From Acidimicrobiia bacterium (GTDB lineage: Bacteria > Actinomycetota > Acidimicrobiia > Spongiisociales > ZC4RG35): a stretch of DNA of 64,000 nt. The position numbers and the translations under genes are program-made. The notes beneath the pieces were generated by a model. It did not search any database, was not told the origin of the DNA, and saw nothing but the letters and a program-made list of their open reading frames with translations. The stretch is from contig DASPGH010000131.1 in NCBI GenBank assembly GCA_035620735.1, positions 18,218-82,217 on the forward strand, written 5' to 3'. Positions 39,455 through 45,787 of this stretch are shown one piece after another. The first letter of the stretch is position 1. The number at the start of each line of letters is the position of its first letter.

Positions 39455-39810
39455 ACGGCCTGATCGTCTTCACGGTGATCGACGTCGTGCTCCTCATCGC
39501 CGGGCTGGCCATCTACCTCTGGATCGTCGGAGGCCAGCTCACCCGCGTCGCCACCAATCTGGAGGAGTGCAATGACCTGGTTCGCCAGATCAATGCCAAC
39601 GCAGAGACGATCGAAGGCAACCTGGAGCATGTGAATCGGACGGGCGGCGTGATCGCAGGCGCTCTCCCTCTTCTCTACGACATGGCCGAAGGCATCGTGA
39701 CGGGAGCCACCTACGACGCCGACAACGTCCCGGAGAGAGGCCCGGCGGCACCCGCCTCGGGTACCCGGCGCTCCAGGTTGCTCGACGCGGTCGGCTACAA
39801 GCCGGAGTAG
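39451..39810 (+). CDS. Small single-pass membrane protein, paralog 5 of 5
   Basis: 119 aa. Overlaps paralog 4 as ATGA. Has a TM helix (LIVFTVIDVVLLIAGLAIYLWIV) and a helical tail. Confidence 0.5.
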   Translation: MNGLIVFTVIDVVLLIAGLAIYLWIVGGQLTRVATNLEECNDLVRQINANAETIEGNLEHVNRTGGVIAGALPLLYDMAEGIVTGATYDADNVPERGPAAPASGTRRSRLLDAVGYKPE

Positions 39811-39816
39811 AGCGGG

Positions 39817-40266
39817 CTACACCCTTCTCTTCGAGGGGTTGCGGTCCGTGGTCAGGGGGCCGGTGGTCCCAGGGGTCTCATACTCGCCAATCCAGTGGTC
39901 TTTCCAGGACTGGTCGTACTGCTCGGGATTGCAGCCCGGCTCGTAGATCGCGATCAGCTCCCGCATGATCTGCTCCCGATGTGACGCCAGCGCTCCCGGA
40001 GCTTCCAGGTAGCAGATGTGAAGTTTGAACCTGTCGCCCTCGACGCGCTTGAGCCAACAACCGGCCGCAGGGTGATTGAACGGAAAGTGCTCCCGGGACA
40101 GGTCATCGGAATGACCCACGTACAGAACACCATATCGCTCCGGGTTGGTGTCCGGCTTCGGCCTGTACAGGATGGCATAGACGGCGGGACGACTCGGTGG
40201 CGTGAAGCCGGCGAGCAGCCGAGGCCCCTCGAAGGCATACCCGGCGAGAGTGCCGAGACGGATCAA
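39817..40266 (-). CDS. Hypothetical 149-aa protein with a GIY-YIG-like nuclease motif
   Basis: VYAILY, then 11 residues, then YVGHSDDLSREHF, then about 35 residues, then REQIMRELIAIYEPGCN. This resembles the GIY ... YIG ... R ... H ... E ... N pattern of UvrC and I-TevI. It is the last gene of the operon and overlaps the preceding gene by 4 nt. Confidence 0.45.
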   Translation of the reverse strand: MIRLGTLAGYAFEGPRLLAGFTPPSRPAVYAILYRPKPDTNPERYGVLYVGHSDDLSREHFPFNHPAAGCWLKRVEGDRFKLHICYLEAPGALASHREQIMRELIAIYEPGCNPEQYDQSWKDHWIGEYETPGTTGPLTTDRNPSKRRV

Positions 40267-40592
40267 TCTTCTCCCTCTCCTCGATCCCGACTGCGGCCCT
40301 CCGGGATCTGGTTATACCAGTCCAAGCTCTCCTCATGACCTTCGGTCTCGACACTCATCACCGGCCAATCGGGAAGACCTGCTGCAGCAGCCGCGGATGT
40401 GAACAAGGCCATGGCACGCTCCACCGCCAATTCGCTCGTCCCGGCCTCGACCACGATCTGGGCCCCATACGAGTTGGTCCCCATTCCCGTGGCCACTCCC
40501 TCTTGGGGGGCGACGGCATCGGCCAGCTCGACCACTTCCTCCAGGCGAATCTCACGATCACCCTCGGCCTGGAGGGCCACGATCCACCTCAT
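40263..40592 (-). CDS. Hypothetical 109-aa acidic protein
   Basis: GC3-rich and translationally coupled (4-nt overlaps) to the VWA gene upstream and the GIY-YIG-like gene downstream. I recognise no family. Confidence 0.5.
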   Translation of the reverse strand: MRWIVALQAEGDREIRLEEVVELADAVAPQEGVATGMGTNSYGAQIVVEAGTSELAVERAMALFTSAAAAAGLPDWPVMSVETEGHEESLDWYNQIPEGRSRDRGEGED

Positions 40593-41752
40593 CGCAGCGC
40601 TGGGAGTTGGTGAGCGAGCTCTTCGAGACCGGCCAGATCGCGGCCCGACATGAAGAGATCGATGTGAGGCTTGGCAACCATCATGCCCAACGTGGCGGGC
40701 CGGTAGCTGCCCTCATCACCGATGTGGGGGTTTACCCATACCACCCTGTGAGAGAGGAGAGACAGCCGCTCCATGGCCTTCGCGAGGACGGCCGGATCGC
40801 CCCGGTCGAGCCCATCGGAGCAAATGACGACGATGGCGCCGCGGCTCATCCCACGTCGACCCCATTGCTTCACGAAAGTCGCGATGGAATCGCCTATCCG
40901 TGTGCCTCCCTCCCAGTCGAAGACCATCTTGGCGGCGCGGTCGAGCGCCTCGTCGGGACGGCGGCGCTCCAGGGACGGAGTGATCCGGGTGAGACGGGTC
41001 CCGAAGCAGAAGACCTCGACTCTGGCGCTGGCCCGTCGTGCCGAGTAGGCGAACTGGAGAAGGTTGCGCGAGTACTCCGCCATCGAGCCCGAGACGTCGA
41101 GGATCAGCACCAACGGGCGCGACTTTCTCTTTCGCGCACGCCAGAACAACTGGGATGGCTCCCCGTGCTGGCGCATCGTGGCGCGCACGGTGCGACGAAG
41201 ATCAGGACGGCTCTTCGAACGGGAAGGCCGGGTCCGACGGGTGCGACGCCGCGGCGGGATGAGCCTCATCCGATTCATGATCCTTCGAAGCGCCGCCAGC
41301 TCCTCCTCGGTGCATGCCGGGAAAGACTTGTCACGCCAGATCTCGATGTCCGATGCGTTCAAGCCGAGCCTGGCTTCCTCCTCGTCATGGCCTGGTTTAC
41401 CCGGTTCGGTCGCCGGTATCTCGATAACGGCATCGTTCTCGATCTGGGAGCGTTTCAGCTCCCGACGCAACGACTCGGGGATGGCAGGGTCGTAGCCGAG
41501 GAAGAATCGGCGAAATACCCTGTCATATATCGGGATCTGATCGTGCTTGGTGATGAGCGTGGAGCGTCCGGCCCAGTAGAGGTCGAGAAGATCGCCAGGG
41601 TTGAGAGTGGCCATGGCCGCGCAGTAGATGAGCAACTCCCCCGAGCCCACCGGCATGCCCTCGGCGCGAAGCTCCCTACCGAAGCTCACGATCATCTCGA
41701 CGAATGGGCCTCCCTGTGCCAGCTCCGCGTCGATCGGCGATCCATCAGCCAT
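40589..41752 (-). CDS. VWA-domain protein, CoxE-like (second copy)
   Basis: MIDAS motif (DVSGSM ... SDGLD) and a CoxE-type N-terminus. The start is probably an ATG at 41752, which would overlap the MoxR stop as ATGGCTGA. The track ORF extends to 41860. Confidence 0.8.
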   Translation of the reverse strand: MADGSPIDAELAQGGPFVEMIVSFGRELRAEGMPVGSGELLIYCAAMATLNPGDLLDLYWAGRSTLITKHDQIPIYDRVFRRFFLGYDPAIPESLRRELKRSQIENDAVIEIPATEPGKPGHDEEEARLGLNASDIEIWRDKSFPACTEEELAALRRIMNRMRLIPPRRRTRRTRPSRSKSRPDLRRTVRATMRQHGEPSQLFWRARKRKSRPLVLILDVSGSMAEYSRNLLQFAYSARRASARVEVFCFGTRLTRITPSLERRRPDEALDRAAKMVFDWEGGTRIGDSIATFVKQWGRRGMSRGAIVVICSDGLDRGDPAVLAKAMERLSLLSHRVVWVNPHIGDEGSYRPATLGMMVAKPHIDLFMSGRDLAGLEELAHQLPALR

Positions 41753-42524
41753 CGGGCACGAGCTCTTCGAGGTGTTCGAGCACGGCTTCGAGATCGTCCC
41801 GCTCCTTGACCACGGCACCCAAGGTGTCCCGAACGGTCTCGCCGTCCAGTTCCGGCTCACCCAGGACCTCGAGGGTCGCCACCCAGTCCAGGGTCTCTGC
41901 GACTCCAGGGGGCTTCGCCAGATCCATCCCGCGAAGACGGTTGACGGCTGCTACCACCTTGCGGGCGATGGTCTCGGTGGCTCCCGGGTTGCGGGCGAGC
42001 ACGATGTCGACCTCACGCATCGGGTCCGGATAGGGCACCCAGTGGTAGAGACACCGGCGCTTGAGTGCATCGTGCAGCTCGCGGGTCCGGTTGGAGGTGA
42101 GCACCACTATGGGTGGCGCGTTTGCGGAGATGGTCCCGATCTCGGGGATGGTTATCTGAAAGTCCGACAGCAGCTCCAGGAGGAAAGCCTCGAACTCGTC
42201 GTCGGCTCGATCGATCTCATCGATCAACAAGACTGCGCTGTCTCCGGCCCGAACCGCGGCGAGCAGCGGGCGCTCCAGCAAGAACTTGGGACCGAAGAGT
42301 TGGTCGACTTGGTCATCGTCGGCGAGTTGCTGCTCCGAGAGCGCCCGAATCTGCAGCATCTGCCTGGCATAGTCCCACTCGTAGAGCGCCTGGTTGGTGT
42401 CGATTCCCTCATAGCACTGCAGACGGATCAGCTGTTTGCCGAACACCTCGGCCAGGGCTTTGGCCAACTCCGTCTTGCCCACACCCACTTCACCCTCGAG
42501 GAGGAGGGGTCGGCCCAGGCTCAT
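41745..42524 (-). CDS. MoxR-family AAA+ ATPase, CoxD-like (second copy)
   Basis: Walker A (GEVGVGKTE) and Walker B (LLIDEIDRAD). The first canonical start is at 42524. Another 39 in-frame codons upstream (to 42641), homologous to the coxD N-terminus, contain no ATG/GTG/TTG and end at a TAG. Confidence 0.8.
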   Translation of the reverse strand: MSLGRPLLLEGEVGVGKTELAKALAEVFGKQLIRLQCYEGIDTNQALYEWDYARQMLQIRALSEQQLADDDQVDQLFGPKFLLERPLLAAVRAGDSAVLLIDEIDRADDEFEAFLLELLSDFQITIPEIGTISANAPPIVVLTSNRTRELHDALKRRCLYHWVPYPDPMREVDIVLARNPGATETIARKVVAAVNRLRGMDLAKPPGVAETLDWVATLEVLGEPELDGETVRDTLGAVVKERDDLEAVLEHLEELVPDG

Positions 42525-42641
42525 GGCGACGAAGACGGCAGTGGCAAGGCCGCGATCTGCCAGGTAGTCGCCACCGCGGAGCAGTTGAGTCAGTTCGGCG
42601 ACATCCGAAGGCGCCGCCGGGGAACCGGGTGCGGGGCTCAG

Positions 42642-42893
42642 CTACCCACCCTCGCCGAGAACGAGGTCACGAATCGTCCCGGCGGACTTGTCGAGCTTCC
42701 CCTCGCGCGCCAATTGGGCCCGCCAGGCAGCGCCGATGTCGGTGCCGGGCTCGGCGTAACCGTCGAAGCTCACACCCTTCATGTTGCGGCATGGTTTGGT
42801 TGGACTGCAATCCTCGTCGAGCTCGTAGTGGTCATGATTGACCAGCCACACCGATTGCAGCACGTCGGCCGTGGTCTCGTCTCGGGCAGTCAT
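42642..42893 (-). CDS. Hypothetical 83-aa protein
   Basis: Strong RBS (AGGAGGAG 6 nt before the ATG) and GC3-rich usage. Its TAG stop is in frame with the MoxR-like gene. I recognise no family. Confidence 0.55.
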   Translation of the reverse strand: MTARDETTADVLQSVWLVNHDHYELDEDCSPTKPCRNMKGVSFDGYAEPGTDIGAAWRAQLAREGKLDKSAGTIRDLVLGEGG

Positions 42894-42969
42894 CGCGAGC
42901 TCCTCCTGGGAATCAGCTGAAGACCACCAAGTCTAGTGACAGCCGACCCCTTGCCACCACGAACTCGAC

Positions 42970-43854
42970 TCACCTGGCGGCCGCGATCGCCTCGGCCACG
43001 ATCGCCACCGCGACCTCTCCCGGACTCGATGCGCCAATGTCTAGACCGGCCGGCCCGTGGACCCGCCTCAGATCGGAGACTCCTCGGTAGGCCAACCAGT
43101 CGGCACGGTCGGACTGCATCTTTCGACTTCCGACAGACCCGATGTATCCGCAGCTGCTTTCCAGCGCCGCCGTCAAGCCCGCACCGGCCAGCTCGAGGTC
43201 GTGGGCAGCGATCACCACCTTGTCATGACCGGAGAGTGGCGCGATCAACCCGGTGGCCATGTCCCTCTCTGCGGTGATGTGGGCCTGCCATCCCACCAGA
43301 GGCGCCAGCTCGGCGAGAGCCTCCGCAATCGGGCCTCCCCCCACGATGACCATCTGGGGCACGGCAACGAATATGGAGACCACCCTGTCCTCGGTGATGG
43401 TGGAGCCCGCAGGTTGACCGGAAAACGCGGCCTGAACATCGGCATCGGCTCCCGTGATCGTCATCCGTGAATAGACGCTGACCTCGCTCACCCGATCGTC
43501 TTCCAGAGCGAGCACCAAACAGAGTCGCTCCCGGGACGCGGCCAAGGGCCATAGATCTGCGGGCAACGTGTCGGCGGGCGCAAGGATGCATCGAGCCGTT
43601 CCCGTGGAGGGCAGGTCGGCGATCAGGGCGTCGACCTGAGTTATCTCGACATCGATGAGCCTCCCTGAACTGAGCCGTCCAGCCTCCTCGGCCAGCTTCC
43701 CGTCGAGACTGCCCCTGAGAAGCGATCCCGCCTTCCCGCCACCAGGGGTGAAGGCCACCGCGTCCGACCAGTCCCTCACCTCGAGCCCGTCGACGGCGAT
43801 CAACCAGGCCACGTCGGCGCGGGTTCCGGCTTGCAGACATGCAGCCACTGTCAT
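42970..43854 (-). CDS. XdhC/CoxI-family molybdoenzyme maturation protein
   Basis: XdhC N-domain and Rossmann C-domain ([17 protein letters not shown] ... SVGSRKM). The track ORF extends to 44010. Confidence 0.8.
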   Translation of the reverse strand: MTVAACLQAGTRADVAWLIAVDGLEVRDWSDAVAFTPGGGKAGSLLRGSLDGKLAEEAGRLSSGRLIDVEITQVDALIADLPSTGTARCILAPADTLPADLWPLAASRERLCLVLALEDDRVSEVSVYSRMTITGADADVQAAFSGQPAGSTITEDRVVSIFVAVPQMVIVGGGPIAEALAELAPLVGWQAHITAERDMATGLIAPLSGHDKVVIAAHDLELAGAGLTAALESSCGYIGSVGSRKMQSDRADWLAYRGVSDLRRVHGPAGLDIGASSPGEVAVAIVAEAIAAAR

Positions 43855-43929
43855 TGCTATGCCATACACGGCGAGGACTCTACGGCCGGCCCGCGACACC
43901 GGCCGGGCCCAACTACCGTTCAGAGCGAG

Positions 43930-44238
43930 ATGAGAAATCAGCTCGCATTGCGCAACAAGTGGAAAGAAGAGGGCAAGAAGGTCGCCGTGGCGACCGTCAT
44001 CAAGGTGCATGGAAGCGCACCCCGCCCCGAGGGCTCCAAATTCCTCGTCTCATCGACGGGGGACATGGAAGGCTCTGTCAGCGGAGGGTGTGTCGAGAAC
44101 GACGTCTATCTCCACGCCCAGGAGGTGATCGAGTCGGGTAAGCCGAAAAAGGTGACGTACGGCATCGCCGACGAGGACGCCTTCGAGGTGGGGATGTCGT
44201 GTGGGGGCACCATCGACGTCTTCATCGAGCCGTGGTAG
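43930..44238 (+). CDS. Stand-alone XdhC N-terminal-domain protein (102 aa)
   Basis: Matches the XdhC_CoxI N-domain only ([39 protein letters not shown]). Confidence 0.6.
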   Translation: MRNQLALRNKWKEEGKKVAVATVIKVHGSAPRPEGSKFLVSSTGDMEGSVSGGCVENDVYLHAQEVIESGKPKKVTYGIADEDAFEVGMSCGGTIDVFIEPW

Positions 44239-44248
44239 CCCAAATCCC

Positions 44249-45022
44249 GTGACCGACATCAACCAGGCGATCGAGTCTCTCCTCGATGCGGAGTTGTTTG
44301 GCTCCGTGGTCACGTTGGTCGACGGACCCAACGTGGGCGAAAAGGCGGTGGTCGACTCCGAGGGGACCGTGCTCGCCGGTTCGCTACCCGGAGACATCTC
44401 ATCAGACGTCGTCGAGGACGCTCTGACTCTCATGCACCACGAGCAGCACAGGACGCTCGAGTATGGCGACCACTCCGTGTTCATCGAGACACTGGCACCA
44501 CCACCCGACCTGATCATCTTCGGGGCAGTCCACATCGGCCAGGCATTGACGTCGTTCGGAACCCAGATGGGTTATCGAGTCACCGTGGTCGACTCCAGGA
44601 AGCCATTCGTGACCGAGGAGCGGTTTCCCACGGCCTACAGGCTGCTCGTCGGCTGGCCCCGGGACCTGATGGACCAGCTCACTTTCGACCGGAGGACCTG
44701 GGTGGTCGTCCTCTCACACGACCCGCGTCACGAGACACCACCCTTGGAAGCTGCGCTCAAGGCCGACACCCGGTACATCGGGGCAATGGGCAGCCGTCGC
44801 ACACACAACTTGAGAACCGAGCGTCTCCAGAGCCTCGGCTTCGGTGACGACGACATCGCCCGCATCCACTCCCCCGTCGGCCTCGACATCGGTGCGGAGA
44901 CCCCTCAGGAGGTGGCGGTGTCGATTCTGGCCGAGATGACACTCGTGCGGTATGGAGCCGGTAGCGGGGTCTCGTTACGCGGTGTCGACGGCCGCGTCCA
45001 CAAACAGCGGGGCGACCGGTAA
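44249..45022 (+). CDS. XdhC/CoxI-family maturation protein
   Basis: N-domain (VVTLVDGPNVGEKAVVDSEG) plus a Rossmann C-domain (IIFGAVHIGQAL ... AMGSRRTHN). GTG start at 44249 or ATG at 44201. Confidence 0.8.
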   Translation: MTDINQAIESLLDAELFGSVVTLVDGPNVGEKAVVDSEGTVLAGSLPGDISSDVVEDALTLMHHEQHRTLEYGDHSVFIETLAPPPDLIIFGAVHIGQALTSFGTQMGYRVTVVDSRKPFVTEERFPTAYRLLVGWPRDLMDQLTFDRRTWVVVLSHDPRHETPPLEAALKADTRYIGAMGSRRTHNLRTERLQSLGFGDDDIARIHSPVGLDIGAETPQEVAVSILAEMTLVRYGAGSGVSLRGVDGRVHKQRGDR

Positions 45023-45029
45023 CGAAGCC

Positions 45030-45746
45030 ATGTCGCCCGGTTTGCGGGCGTCCGTTCCAGGTAAATTCGGGATCGTGTTCCAAGGAGAACAGTGGGAATG
45101 GTTTCTGCTGCTCGCAGTGGCAGCGGCGCTGGGCGCCTTGATCGGAGGTGAGCGTGAGAGCCGGGGACACCCTGCCGGGATCCGCACCCAAGCTCTGGTG
45201 GCACTCGCCGCAGCCTTGCTGACCCGAGCTGGGACGATCGGATTCATCGGGCCGGCGGTTGACATGAGCCGCGTTGCTTCTCAGGTGGTCACCGGAATCG
45301 GGTTCATCGGGGCCGGCGTGATCCTGAAGCACCGTGGCACGGTCACCGGCCTGACGACTGCCGCCACCCTGTTTCTCAGTGCCGGGATCGGGGTCGCCGT
45401 CGGCGCCGGATTGGTTGTGCCCGCCATGATCGCCACCGGAATCGCCCTGGTGGTCATATATGGCCTCCGTCTGCTCAAGCCCTGGCTGACGAGCCAGGTC
45501 TCCCGATCCGTGCGTGTCGACTATCTCCAGGGGCACGGCACATTCGGCCCACTCGTCCGAACCATTCAGGACTCCGGAGCGACCATCCAGGACCTTCGCG
45601 TCGAAGACGGCAGCGGCAGCGACGGTGAGGTCATCCGGCACGTGTCGATTCAAGTCCTGGCCAAACAGGACGCGGACTTCGATGCCATCCTTCAATCCTT
45701 TTCGACCCGGCCCGAGGTCCTGGACATCATCATCGCCGACGGCTGA
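45030..45746 (+). CDS. mgtC: MgtC/SapB family membrane protein
   Basis: EWEW, then ALGALIGGERE, then GIRTQALVAL; the TM core is followed by a soluble C-terminal domain. Confidence 0.8.
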   Translation: MSPGLRASVPGKFGIVFQGEQWEWFLLLAVAAALGALIGGERESRGHPAGIRTQALVALAAALLTRAGTIGFIGPAVDMSRVASQVVTGIGFIGAGVILKHRGTVTGLTTAATLFLSAGIGVAVGAGLVVPAMIATGIALVVIYGLRLLKPWLTSQVSRSVRVDYLQGHGTFGPLVRTIQDSGATIQDLRVEDGSGSDGEVIRHVSIQVLAKQDADFDAILQSFSTRPEVLDIIIADG

Positions 45747-45787
45747 CCGACCTCCGGCTGCACGGTAGGCCAGATACGCTCATTGGG

